A program made the translations under genes and the position numbers. From IMG/VR virus record IMGVR_UViG_3300006750_000002, positions 126,909-190,908 of that record: 64,000 nucleotides of DNA, one strand, 5' to 3'. Below, one piece after another: positions 9,910 to 20,078 of the stretch (position 1 is the stretch's first letter; each line of letters begins with the position of its first letter). The DNA comes from a virus. The notes under the pieces were generated by a model, which saw only the letters and a list, made by a program, of their open reading frames with translations, ran no database searches and had not been told where the DNA came from.

Positions 9910-11577
9910 TTACATTCTACTTAATTCACCTCTAACCCAAGGTTCGTGATTAGGGCCTAAAGTATAAACAAACTGTCTACCTTGTCTTTCCATTTTCACT
10001 ATCCCAGAGTTGTTTATAACTGCAAAAAATTCAGAGTTGTGCCCTGGGGTATAAGTTCTCCCTATAGAATCATAAAATTCTTTTCTAGTCTTCCCAGGGT
10101 TATTTTTAACAAAGTCCACAAATAATTGAGTTAATGAACCTTCTTTAGGGGGGTATTTAAAAGTTAAAGGTGTATTATATCTATTAGGTTCCCACAATTT
10201 TTTCTGTTCTTGTGTCATTTCTTTAATCTCAGGTCGAGATAATAGGTACCTTAAGTTCGGTAATAAAATATTATTTAAGAAACTTTTTTCGGGTCTTGGC
10301 ACCCATGAGTTCCACTCCTTGTCTAGAAATGTATTTTTAAAACGGTCTTTTTCTGGTAAACCTAACCTATCCCCTATAACTTCCTTATAACCATCTCTAC
10401 GTGAAGCCTCAACAATTTTCTCAGGAAGGATTCTAAAATACCAACCAATGCCCTCAACCAAGTCGTTTTCTTCTGTAGGTGTTATCACTCGGTCAAAGTC
10501 GGATACAATTATCTCATACTCCCCATCAACAAAGAGCTCAACACCTATAGGGGTCGTATAAATTTTATCTCCCGTGTGCTTTACGTACCATTCATGACGA
10601 CCTGACACTTCAAGTTCCCAGGTACCACTTTCTGTATTAAATTTAATTTTTTGACCCAGTAGTTTATCCGTTATTGAGTTAACAAATTGATTTAGAGACA
10701 TATTCCCAACATTAGAGTTTGCTAACTCTTCATAATATTTTGATTCTTTTTCATATAAATCAGTTATTACTTTTTTAGCTGTATTTGGTAACATGTTAGT
10801 AACTATATCCCCAACCCTACTATTCAGCCTATTATCCTGCATATCAAACCACTCGTCATCTCGTGGTGAATCTAAAGTTTTTTTACCTGTCTTATGGTTA
10901 GTATGTAAAGATGGGAACTTTTTAAAAAGAGCTATTTTATACCCTGAACTAGAATCTTTCTTTATTAGATAATATAAAACACCCAGTTTTGAATAATGGT
11001 CAAATTGGGAACTATTATTTTTCATGGCGGTACACCATTTGGTGTTAGCACCGTAATAACAAGAAGCTCCATGACTTTTTGGCCTAATTATTATCCAGTT
11101 ATCGTCTTCATATACCCTATCTACTTCTTTTTTTAGTTCTTTCTCTTTTTGTCTTTTACTGGTCGACGTACTCAGTTCATCTACTATAAATTCTAATTCA
11201 TTTATATTTGCATATGAATTTATATCTTTAGGTGATTTTTTTACGATAGGGCTAACACTTAATTGGTTATACATAAATTCAGGGGTCAACCTACTTAAGT
11301 TTGCATCAAACTTTTGTACCACAGAATAAATGTCTAGAGGGTTTATGCCACCTTCACCTAGGTAAGTGTCGACCATCCATCTTAAATATTTATGGTTGCC
11401 TGATGGGTCATTATCCACAAAAACTTGAAATCTTTCCTCTAAATCGACACCCTGTAAAAAGTGATGGTAAGGATTACCAGGTTCTGTGTAAGGCCATGAC
11501 TCACCTATTTGGTTTTTAAAGAAATTCTTAACATCTTCTAACCTTCCTTCTAATAATATGTGTTTGTTATATCTCAT
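9910..11577 (-). CDS. WCT-core family protein
   Basis: KYLRW...KDINSY...ASCYYGANTKWCTAM; paralogous to 7526 and 11579 ORFs. Confidence 0.75.
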   Translation of the reverse strand: MRYNKHILLEGRLEDVKNFFKNQIGESWPYTEPGNPYHHFLQGVDLEERFQVFVDNDPSGNHKYLRWMVDTYLGEGGINPLDIYSVVQKFDANLSRLTPEFMYNQLSVSPIVKKSPKDINSYANINELEFIVDELSTSTSKRQKEKELKKEVDRVYEDDNWIIIRPKSHGASCYYGANTKWCTAMKNNSSQFDHYSKLGVLYYLIKKDSSSGYKIALFKKFPSLHTNHKTGKKTLDSPRDDEWFDMQDNRLNSRVGDIVTNMLPNTAKKVITDLYEKESKYYEELANSNVGNMSLNQFVNSITDKLLGQKIKFNTESGTWELEVSGRHEWYVKHTGDKIYTTPIGVELFVDGEYEIIVSDFDRVITPTEENDLVEGIGWYFRILPEKIVEASRRDGYKEVIGDRLGLPEKDRFKNTFLDKEWNSWVPRPEKSFLNNILLPNLRYLLSRPEIKEMTQEQKKLWEPNRYNTPLTFKYPPKEGSLTQLFVDFVKNNPGKTRKEFYDSIGRTYTPGHNSEFFAVINNSGIVKMERQGRQFVYTLGPNHEPWVRGELSRM

Positions 11578-11578
11578 T

Positions 11579-13324
11579 TTACCCTATTCTATAAATATAA
11601 AACCATTCACCATCATAAAATACTTCACGTTCTTCACCATCATAACCCGCAAGACCATTTCCTCTACCGTCAGAGGATACAACCTCTCTCACAAATTCAT
11701 CTTCGTCTATAAAATGGGTAATATCTAACCCATACATTTCTATATACTCCATAGGGTCACTTCTGACCTCATCTAATTTAACCTCTACCGCATTTTCTAT
11801 ATCCTCTTCTGTCCATTCATAATTGTCCTCGTCTTCTTTAATTTCTTCTTGTCGTTCCTCTAATGCCTCTATTTGGTCTTGAATATATTCTTTATCCACT
11901 TCTCTTTCCACTTCTTCTAATTCATACCCGTGGTCTGCTATCTGTTCGTCTATAGCTTCTAATTGGTCTTTAAAATACTGGGTCATTACTTTATCCTCTT
12001 CATCTAAATAACTCTCAGGACTTTCTTCCACATCTTCTCTAATAAAGTCTTCTACATACCTAGCAACATCATCACCATCTATGTAATTGGAATAAAAATC
12101 CAGGCTAAAACCTTCATACCCAACGTCCTCAACTAAACTTCTTACTTGTTCTTCAGCAGCGTCATTAGCTTCATCATCATCACCTATCGAATATTCACCC
12201 CCACCATATTCAAATACAGGTAATTCACCATAGTGAGAGTGTCCCTCATACATGATATCGTAAACTGAAGAAGTATTTTCCCTTTCTTCTTCCAGTTCTT
12301 CCTCTAAATTATTTAAATCTTCACCATATTCTTGAGCTCTTTCACCATTAATATCTTCAATTACTTCAGGGTCATTTTCCATGTCGATACGAAGGTCTGC
12401 AATCTGTTCCTCCAAAGAGGATATCTCCTCACTATTATCTTCCCACTCACCTTCATCTTTTAAGTATTCCATTAATGCGTTAGCTCTTACACCTATAGAG
12501 TCTGTATCTTCTGGGTTCCATTCATTGCCCTCTTTCCGTGATTCTGCTTGAGCACTTAATAGTCTTATTCTTTCTCTTCTACGTTGGGCCCATTCATTTT
12601 GTCTTGCCTGTCTCTCCAACTCCATAGCTTTTATCTCAGCACTAATGGCTTCTATTTGGTCTTTATAAGTGTACTCAAAGAAACTTTCTATAGCACCCAT
12701 CAAAGGATGTTTTAAAATATACTCTATGGGTGTTGTGTCACTAATTAAGTTATCTGGGGCATCATAAAAACTTTTACCTCCCCTATATGTTTTATTTAAT
12801 GCTATTTTATAGTAGGGATTAGAAGTAGGTAATGTTTTATCTAATATGTAAAAAAGTTTACCTTCTTTGTTATAATTTTTAAAGTGGGAAGGTTTGTCTG
12901 TAGATGCGGTACACCATTTTGTGCCCCTACCATAATAACAAGATGAGTCATGAGATTCTGGAACTACTACCTTAAAACGGTCATCTTCGTAAATGACTTC
13001 AGATTGTTCGTGAGTATCGATAACTCTTTGTCGTTCTTTTAACTTAACTAAAACTTGATTTAGTTCATGATAATCCTTATATGAGTATAAATCTTTTTTG
13101 GATAAGTTATTCCTTTTTCTATCAAAAGATTCTACAGTGTCCAGTAACATTTCTAAGTAAATGTCGTTTTGAATTGTAGAATTAGTATAGTCTCTAGCAA
13201 TCCACTCCAAATATTTCTGGTTATTTGCTATAGTACCACTCCCAGTTACCATCTTATCCCAGATGTCTAAGGGTATATTATACTTTTCTTTTACTCTTGA
13301 TATTCTATTTTCTACTAGCAGCAT
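11579..13324 (-). CDS. WCT-core family protein with very acidic C-terminal half
   Basis: KYLEW...KDLYSY...SSCYYGRGTKWCTAS; D/E-rich tail. Confidence 0.75.
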   Translation of the reverse strand: MLLVENRISRVKEKYNIPLDIWDKMVTGSGTIANNQKYLEWIARDYTNSTIQNDIYLEMLLDTVESFDRKRNNLSKKDLYSYKDYHELNQVLVKLKERQRVIDTHEQSEVIYEDDRFKVVVPESHDSSCYYGRGTKWCTASTDKPSHFKNYNKEGKLFYILDKTLPTSNPYYKIALNKTYRGGKSFYDAPDNLISDTTPIEYILKHPLMGAIESFFEYTYKDQIEAISAEIKAMELERQARQNEWAQRRRERIRLLSAQAESRKEGNEWNPEDTDSIGVRANALMEYLKDEGEWEDNSEEISSLEEQIADLRIDMENDPEVIEDINGERAQEYGEDLNNLEEELEEERENTSSVYDIMYEGHSHYGELPVFEYGGGEYSIGDDDEANDAAEEQVRSLVEDVGYEGFSLDFYSNYIDGDDVARYVEDFIREDVEESPESYLDEEDKVMTQYFKDQLEAIDEQIADHGYELEEVEREVDKEYIQDQIEALEERQEEIKEDEDNYEWTEEDIENAVEVKLDEVRSDPMEYIEMYGLDITHFIDEDEFVREVVSSDGRGNGLAGYDGEEREVFYDGEWFYIYRIG

Positions 13325-13417
13325 TCTTTACTTTAACTTATAAATACCTATCTTCTTTATCGTTTACTATTGTAACTTCTCTTCTTGTAATATAAATACT
13401 TATAAAAGTGGTATCGT

Positions 13418-13999
13418 ATGGATAATAACAAATCATATATAACGGGATTCATCATAACAGTATTTTTTTTAATGATTTTGATGATTTACAAGACTAATAA
13501 AGAAAATAATAATATTTACACACCAAGTTACGTGGACTCTTTACATCTGCAAATGCATATAAAAGATTCCACAATTAGGCATTTTAATACCTACATACCT
13601 TTTGGGTCACCATTAGACAGCCTTATTATTAGTAGTGACTTTGGGTCGAGGGTACACCCCATCAGTAAACATAAGAAGTTCCATGAAGGGTTAGACTTAA
13701 GGGGGGGTTATAGTGATACCGTATATTGTACCGCGGCAGGGATAGTTATGGAAGCGAGGAGAAAAGGAGGTTATGGTAAACATGTGATGATAAACCATAA
13801 TAACGGTTATCAGACAGTATATGCTCATCTAAGTCAAATACTAGTTAAAAAGGGACAACACGTAACGGATACCACCCCAATAGGTAAGGTTGGGAATACG
13901 GGGATTAGTACGGGTTGTCATCTACACTATGAAATAATTAAAGATGGTGAAAAGATTAATCCAGAAGATTTACTTTACAAAGAAATAGATAAGTTGTAA
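13418..13999 (+). CDS. M23 family metallopeptidase with N-terminal membrane anchor
   Basis: HEGLDL (HxxxD), YAHL, STGCHLHYEI (HxH). Confidence 0.92.
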   Translation: MDNNKSYITGFIITVFFLMILMIYKTNKENNNIYTPSYVDSLHLQMHIKDSTIRHFNTYIPFGSPLDSLIISSDFGSRVHPISKHKKFHEGLDLRGGYSDTVYCTAAGIVMEARRKGGYGKHVMINHNNGYQTVYAHLSQILVKKGQHVTDTTPIGKVGNTGISTGCHLHYEIIKDGEKINPEDLLYKEIDKL

Positions 14000-14039
14000 T
14001 ATTTATCGGTATAATAAAAGGATTTTAAGACAAAAAACT

Positions 14040-14261
14040 ATGCAAGAACATGAATTACCAATGAAGGAGACTGATAACTCTTTAGAAATTACATTATGTG
14101 GAAAGGGAAGTTGTAAATGTCCCGCGGTTGACATTCACACTGACCGTGATGATGTTATAATTGGAGGTGACGATGAAGGATTTACTACATTCACAAAAGA
14201 ACAATTTGAGTTATTAGTGAACGAAGTTAAAAACGGCAGATTCGACAAATACATCAAATAA
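14040..14261 (+). CDS. small hypothetical protein with CGKGSCKCP motif
   Basis: ORF 73 aa. Confidence 0.65.
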   Translation: MQEHELPMKETDNSLEITLCGKGSCKCPAVDIHTDRDDVIIGGDDEGFTTFTKEQFELLVNEVKNGRFDKYIK

Positions 14262-14262
14262 G

Positions 14263-14400
14263 ATGGGGTGTGGTTGTAAAAAAAATAAAGGAACTGGTAA
14301 ATCTAATGGTAAGTTAGGCAGTAAAAATATGCAAGAACTTATAAGGGAAAAGATTACTGAACAAATTAACAAAAACACAAATTTAAAGAAAGGGGTATAA
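14263..14400 (+). CDS. small basic protein MGCGCKK... (45 aa, missed by ORF track)
   Basis: manual translation; fills the gap between 14261 and the terminator. Confidence 0.55.
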   Translation: MGCGCKKNKGTGKSNGKLGSKNMQELIREKITEQINKNTNLKKGV

Positions 14401-14412
14401 ATCCCCTTTTTT
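14389..14412 (+). terminator. intrinsic terminator
   Basis: AAAGGGG-TATAAAT-CCCCTTTTTT. Confidence 0.7.
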
Positions 14413-14430
14413 ATTGCCCACAAACTATTT

Positions 14431-15543
14431 ATGGGTATGAAATTACTTCATACAGTGCAAACACTAGTAGAACAAAAAGAACAACCTTTTTGGGTTAAAA
14501 CAGCGCTGGAGAGTTGGTATTGGGCAGACATTGCGGAAACTGTTAAATTATTTGGTGGTGACCTACATGAATATTATAAAGCTCTAGACAGTAGAGGTTT
14601 GGGTGAAGAGTTCTTAAATCAAATTGGTCACTGGGACGAATCCCCTAATTTTTATATTATAGAAGCTTTAGGGGGTAGAAAGGCACTAAATAGTGGAACC
14701 ATGGATACGGATTTAGTTATAAAATACGTGGTAGATAACATAATAGAAAACGAGATTACCGATTTAAATAAATCCCAAGTAGACGGAAAGACGTACCTTA
14801 CGTTAGACATGTACGACAAATCATTATTTTTTGACGAGGGAAATTTCGGTAGTGACACAAGTTGTGAACAAATAGCGGAATTAATTTTCCAAGACAAGCT
14901 TTGGGAGTCGTGGCTCGACTTTAGGAGGCCTTGGACCGCAGACTTGAATGAGTTAGTAGACAACCTAACTCTAGAAAACTATAGGTTGTTATTAACTGAA
15001 ATAATGCATAATAATAAAACCTTAACTTGTTTTAGGGAAGAATTTGAATGGTGGGTCGAAGAAGATAATATAGGTGATGATACTTTTTATCTTGACCCTT
15101 CTCGTATGAATAGTTTTTTAAATGACGATGACAGGTACAATTTTGTTGTATTATTGGAATGTGCGGATGGGTTAGAAGATTATGCGGAGGAACTAAAAGG
15201 GTCTTACAATCTAGCATATAATGAAGAATTAGAATCACAATATTATAATGAGTACCACAAAGCATTAGAAGAATTACTAGGTAAACCTGTAGGTACAGAC
15301 AAAACATACGAGTACAGAGGTAAAGAAAAAATCGAACTTGAAGCGGACGTTTACGACGTTACAGACTTAGTAAATCGCACACTAATCTCCGTAGCTTCAG
15401 ATGATGTGGAAATGGGACACTCCAATTTCGGCGAGATTTATAGAAGTGAAGTGGAAGGGTTATGTCCTGGTGATTTCGATGAAGTTTATGATGACGAAAA
15501 ACTTTGGGCAAGATATAATGAGTTAATCTATGAATCCGTATAA
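14431..15543 (+). CDS. acidic hypothetical protein with LVEQ leader
   Basis: ORF 370 aa; probable start ATG 14437 (MKLLHTVQTLVEQ). Confidence 0.75.
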   Translation: MGMKLLHTVQTLVEQKEQPFWVKTALESWYWADIAETVKLFGGDLHEYYKALDSRGLGEEFLNQIGHWDESPNFYIIEALGGRKALNSGTMDTDLVIKYVVDNIIENEITDLNKSQVDGKTYLTLDMYDKSLFFDEGNFGSDTSCEQIAELIFQDKLWESWLDFRRPWTADLNELVDNLTLENYRLLLTEIMHNNKTLTCFREEFEWWVEEDNIGDDTFYLDPSRMNSFLNDDDRYNFVVLLECADGLEDYAEELKGSYNLAYNEELESQYYNEYHKALEELLGKPVGTDKTYEYRGKEKIELEADVYDVTDLVNRTLISVASDDVEMGHSNFGEIYRSEVEGLCPGDFDEVYDDEKLWARYNELIYESV

Positions 15544-16396
15544 TCATAAACAATATAATATGAAACTAAAACAGATTTATTTAGAGAGTGAAGAGTACTA
15601 TCACGACATTGTTACAAAAAAGACAATATACTTACACCATACCGCTGGAAGCCATAGACCTGACTGGACCGTAGCTAACTGGGAAAGAGATAAAACTAAA
15701 AGTGGTGAAGTGAGACATATCGCCACTGCCTATGTTATAGGAGGTAAATCAACCAGAGATGGGAATACTAAATGGGATGGTACCGTTATAGAATGTCACC
15801 CACCAGAAAAGTGGGCACACCACCTGGGAATCAAAGCAAGAAATAATAGAACATTAAATAAAGAAAGTATTGGGATTGAGATATGTAACTATGGACCTAT
15901 TAAAGTTAAAGATGGGGAGTACTTCAACTATGTTAATAGTAGGGTACCTAAAGAAGACGTTATTGACTTAGGTTTTACCTTTAAAGGATATAATCACTAT
16001 CACGCTTATACTAATTCACAAATAGAGTCCACAAGACAACTTATCCATTACCTAAGTGATAAGTTTAAGATAGATGTCGCTAAAGGGATGAAAAGAATCA
16101 TAAATAAATCCTTAAAGATGCCAACAGACCTAGATTTATTAGGTAACCAAAAATGGTTAAATATCCAAGGATATCTAGGAGCTAACGGTAGGGTATTAGC
16201 GGAAGATGGAGTAGATGGGAGAAATACACAATACGCTGTAGATTCTTATCTTCATGACAAAAAAGGAGATGCTTTTGCATTGAATAAACAAGCTTTAGTT
16301 GGAGCGGAAGGAGTATGGACACATACTAATGTAAGAAAGGATAAATTTGACCTGTCCCCACAACCTAAGTTAATTGAAATGTTAAGTGAATTATAA
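15530..16396 (+). CDS. N-acetylmuramoyl-L-alanine amidase (Amidase_2) with inserted peptidoglycan-binding-like segment
   Basis: IYLHHTAG, ATAYVIG, WAHHLG, SIGIEI, WTHTNVRKDKFD; EDGVDGRNTQYAV insert; probable start ATG 15560. Confidence 0.85.
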   Translation: MNPYNHKQYNMKLKQIYLESEEYYHDIVTKKTIYLHHTAGSHRPDWTVANWERDKTKSGEVRHIATAYVIGGKSTRDGNTKWDGTVIECHPPEKWAHHLGIKARNNRTLNKESIGIEICNYGPIKVKDGEYFNYVNSRVPKEDVIDLGFTFKGYNHYHAYTNSQIESTRQLIHYLSDKFKIDVAKGMKRIINKSLKMPTDLDLLGNQKWLNIQGYLGANGRVLAEDGVDGRNTQYAVDSYLHDKKGDAFALNKQALVGAEGVWTHTNVRKDKFDLSPQPKLIEMLSEL

Positions 16397-16451
16397 ACCT
16401 TAAAGGTTTACGCTTAACATTTACTTGTGTATAATTTATAAAAGATAACTT

Positions 16452-16652
16452 ATGAAAATAATTACACACAAATTTAGAAGACAAAATAACGACATCGTCT
16501 ACTTAGTGAATCTAGTAGATGTTACGGGACACCCCCTCAAAAGTTTAATGGCTAAAAATAAAGAAGAGTGTATTGTTCTTGCGGATACTCTAGCTGTAGA
16601 AAATGGGATAATGAACGTACTACATAACCCAGGGTATTCAATAGTGGAGTAA
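16452..16652 (+). CDS. hypothetical protein
   Basis: ORF 66 aa. Confidence 0.6.
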   Translation: MKIITHKFRRQNNDIVYLVNLVDVTGHPLKSLMAKNKEECIVLADTLAVENGIMNVLHNPGYSIVE

Positions 16653-16828
16653 TGTCACAACAATTATTAAATAAAAAAATAGAAAAAGTGATAGATAAAT
16701 TAAGGATATCACAAGCGGAGAAAGACGAAAAGTCAATTCAAAAGTACATAAACGAGTTAAATGAGTTATGGGACGAATCCAGTGAAGAAATGAAAAAAAA
16801 TGCTCGTATAGATGGTTTCGATGTGTAG
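16652..16828 (+). CDS. hypothetical helical protein (58 aa, missed by ORF track)
   Basis: manual translation MSQQLLNKKIEKVIDKL...GFDV; start overlaps the upstream stop. Confidence 0.55.
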   Translation: MSQQLLNKKIEKVIDKLRISQAEKDEKSIQKYINELNELWDESSEEMKKNARIDGFDV

Positions 16829-16847
16829 ACCATCAAAACTATTTTAA

Positions 16848-17069
16848 ATGGAAAAAAAAGAAAAACTGAGAAGTTTAGTTTCTCAAAAAGATAAAATCAC
16901 TAAAGAAATAGAACAAATTCAAAGTGAATGTTCTCATTCAGATAAACACATAAAATTTGTAGGTGACGATAAAGGAAGTGCTACTAAACCCATGTGGGTT
17001 TGTAAATTATGTGAAAAAGTACTAAACCTACCAGCACAAAAAGAAATAGAAACTTGGATGAAGAAATAA
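16848..17069 (+). CDS. small Zn-finger-like protein
   Basis: CSH...WVCKLC. Confidence 0.6.
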   Translation: MEKKEKLRSLVSQKDKITKEIEQIQSECSHSDKHIKFVGDDKGSATKPMWVCKLCEKVLNLPAQKEIETWMKK

Positions 17070-17135
17070 AGTTTAATTACCTAGAACATAATAAGTAATT
17101 TTTTTATATTTATATAACCACAACAATAAGATTAT

Positions 17136-17324
17136 ATGTTAATAGTAAAAGTACAAAAAAACAATATAGAAAGAGCTCTTAAAGAGATGAAGAGAAAGGT
17201 AATTAATACACAAATCCTAAAAGAGTGTAGGGAAAGAAAACATTTCACCAAACCATCAATTATCCGCAGAGATGAAATTCAAAAAGCGAGTTACGTACAA
17301 AAAAAGTTTGGGGACGAAGATTAA
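17136..17324 (+). CDS. rpsU: ribosomal protein bS21
   Basis: NIERALKEMKRK...ERKHFTKPSIIRR...KASYVQ, typical Bacteroidota-type bS21. Confidence 0.9.
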   Translation: MLIVKVQKNNIERALKEMKRKVINTQILKECRERKHFTKPSIIRRDEIQKASYVQKKFGDED

Positions 17325-20074
17325 GGTTCAAATATGGTAGGGCTTTGTACATAAGTTACAAAATCTTCAAATGATTTAACATAGTAGGTTTCTCTACTCC
17401 TACTAGTTTTGTCTTCTACGTCCCAAACATCCACATCAAAACTAATGGTTTCGTCCTCAGTATCTATTTTTTTAATACCCACTATTCTATATGGGTTATT
17501 AGGGTCACCATACTTTTTACTATATTTATGTATACCCCAGTTATGAGACTCAAATTTTTCTTTCTTTAAATAATCGTCAACTTTCTCTATAAAATCTTTT
17601 CTTCTTTCTATATCCACATCATCTATTTTTTCTAAAAATCGGTCAATTTCAGATTCAACCTCTTCTTCTGTTCCCTCTGCCCACTCATATGAGTCATAAT
17701 ACACATCCTGAGGTTCAGAGGAGATAGCGTTGATAGCGTTACTTTCATTAAATAATGTATCTAATGTATCGGTATCTTGTAGGTGGGTGGTTACTAAGTA
17801 AAGTAAAGGTTCCCAACCTATATGTACCATTACACTATCACGACCTATGTGGTCATACTCTAAATAAATTTCATCCTTGAACCACTTTTCTAATTCTATA
17901 ACCCTCTGCTTACCAATACCCGAGCCCACCTCATATAGTAAGTCTGGAGTAAAATTGTCCCATTCTTGATGGAAATATTTTTCAAAAAAGTCATTTATTT
18001 CCCCCTCTTCAAAATCAAAACACGCCCTATCTATAGGTTTGTCGGTACCTTCGAATAAGTTCATTAACTCTGTCACTTTTTTTAATTGTGAGTCATTAAA
18101 CCAACAAGACATATAATTTAATTCGTCCGAATCCAATTCCTCATAATGGTCACCATAATAATTATCATGAACTAAATCATAATAGTAATCACCCTCACCC
18201 AAGTCCAAAACATTTTGTAACCAATCATCCTTTTTTAAATAAACGTTAATTCCGTCAGGGACAATCTCGATTTCATCTTCACCTCCTCGAGTGTAGTAAC
18301 TTTCACTATATTCCTCAAAGTCACCAAAATAATCAACTAACTCTTCAGGGTCTCCAGTATTATTATTTATATTGTATATAAGTGCACCCAGTTTGCTATG
18401 GTTTTTACCATCTAGTAAAACACCTTCATCAAATTCCATATTGTATTTAATTCTTTCATATAAACTATATTTTAAATGAAAAAACTTTTGTAATTCTTTT
18501 TCTTGACTAAGGACCTCCATATGGTTTTCCCCTCGTCCCGCAGTATTATACATAGACTTCTGACTACCAGGTTCACGTAAAAGAGGGATTTTACCTCTAT
18601 CTATAAATAAAAGTTGGTTAGAGTTTTTTGCGGGCACTAATTTTCTTTTTTTAAATTCAATAATGTAAGGGGTTCCCTTACTTGCTTGAATTTTTAAAGT
18701 GTCACTGTAATTACAATAGTCAGTGTCTGGTATCCTACATAGGTCATTAACCCTAAGAGGAACATACACCCTATAGTCTTCGTTATCCAGTACTATTTTT
18801 TTAGGTATATTTGCCTCACCGTCTGTTTGTTCATATAAATCTTCAGATTCTTGTGAAGACTCTCTACCATACCTTTCGGTAATGTCTTTTAAGAGTATGT
18901 CATAAAGTTGTTCACCCTCGTCATCACTTAACCCATGTCTTAGTTTAGTGTTCTCCACAGCACCTCTAATGGTCTCCTCGAAGGACCTATCTTGTTTGAG
19001 TCTTCTCGCATTAAGACCAGAAGTCTGTGCATCTATTTCGTGGTCTTGAGTATAATACTCTAAACCTTTTAAATCTTTTTTAATTTTTCCGAGGTGTGTA
19101 CCCATTACTTCTTGTTCCGCATGTCTAATTTCATGTCTAATATACTCAGTTAAGTAATCTTCAATGTGTATATAACTTTCTGGTTCCATTAGAGGGTTAA
19201 TTGTCAAACCTATTTCTATAGTATCATCACCAACGTAGTACGCTTCTAAATGAAACTCATCTTTAATGTCCTCATCTCTACTGATAGTCAATTCTAAAGT
19301 AAACATGTAGTTATCTATTTCATAGATAATTTCATCTGGTCTTAGGTCCTCAGGCAAATAGTAAGTTTCAACATTAGGGTTGGTGGTACTCTTTTTAACT
19401 AGTGATATGACATCTCCCACCATTTCCAAAGTTTCGCTATAAAAATTACTTTGTTCATTTAGATTTTCTCGGCCTTCATCTAACGATTTTAATTTACCAC
19501 CTAATTTTTTTATTATGTGATTAAAAACATTTTTAAACCCTATTATACCAACCCCAACCAGTACACTTTTTAGATAACCTGTGGGTGAACCTGGGTTAAT
19601 TAAACCCTGATTAATGAGAAATAATAATCCGTCTATTATGGGGAAAGCTAAAAAGGTGAAAGCGACTATATCCACTAAAGAATTTACGGTATAACCTAAA
19701 GAATTACCTATTTTAATTGATATGTCCTCCACAGACTTTAAAAAATCTAACACTACTGACAAACCATCAGTTAGACCTCTTTCTCTAATTATATTTAAAA
19801 GTTTTTGGATTTTATCTTGATGTCTACCAACCAGAATCCACATAGCGGTTATGTAAAGAAGAACAGCATCTTGTTCTGTTAAAGTCGGCATTGTGCCAGC
19901 CATTAATTCCATAACGACAGGTAACATTGCGGTAATCCCCACCCCAAAGGTGAAAGTCCCACCTATAACTCCCCCCAAATCCAACAAGGTTTTCTTAACT
20001 ACAGAGTCCTTTTCCTCTAGGGTTTCTAATATTAACCCCTGTTGGTTAATAGTATTAATTAGACTAATATTCAT
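17321..20074 (-). CDS. 917-aa modular protein: membrane module + zincin-like HExxH module + degenerate WCT-like module + acidic module
   Basis: hydrophobic N-terminal ~190 aa; HEIRH...EIDA; YRVYVP...LC...YC; modules bounded by LNEQ and LYEQ. Confidence 0.7.
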   Translation of the reverse strand: MNISLINTINQQGLILETLEEKDSVVKKTLLDLGGVIGGTFTFGVGITAMLPVVMELMAGTMPTLTEQDAVLLYITAMWILVGRHQDKIQKLLNIIRERGLTDGLSVVLDFLKSVEDISIKIGNSLGYTVNSLVDIVAFTFLAFPIIDGLLFLINQGLINPGSPTGYLKSVLVGVGIIGFKNVFNHIIKKLGGKLKSLDEGRENLNEQSNFYSETLEMVGDVISLVKKSTTNPNVETYYLPEDLRPDEIIYEIDNYMFTLELTISRDEDIKDEFHLEAYYVGDDTIEIGLTINPLMEPESYIHIEDYLTEYIRHEIRHAEQEVMGTHLGKIKKDLKGLEYYTQDHEIDAQTSGLNARRLKQDRSFEETIRGAVENTKLRHGLSDDEGEQLYDILLKDITERYGRESSQESEDLYEQTDGEANIPKKIVLDNEDYRVYVPLRVNDLCRIPDTDYCNYSDTLKIQASKGTPYIIEFKKRKLVPAKNSNQLLFIDRGKIPLLREPGSQKSMYNTAGRGENHMEVLSQEKELQKFFHLKYSLYERIKYNMEFDEGVLLDGKNHSKLGALIYNINNNTGDPEELVDYFGDFEEYSESYYTRGGEDEIEIVPDGINVYLKKDDWLQNVLDLGEGDYYYDLVHDNYYGDHYEELDSDELNYMSCWFNDSQLKKVTELMNLFEGTDKPIDRACFDFEEGEINDFFEKYFHQEWDNFTPDLLYEVGSGIGKQRVIELEKWFKDEIYLEYDHIGRDSVMVHIGWEPLLYLVTTHLQDTDTLDTLFNESNAINAISSEPQDVYYDSYEWAEGTEEEVESEIDRFLEKIDDVDIERRKDFIEKVDDYLKKEKFESHNWGIHKYSKKYGDPNNPYRIVGIKKIDTEDETISFDVDVWDVEDKTSRSRETYYVKSFEDFVTYVQSPTIFEP

Positions 20075-20078
20075 TTAA

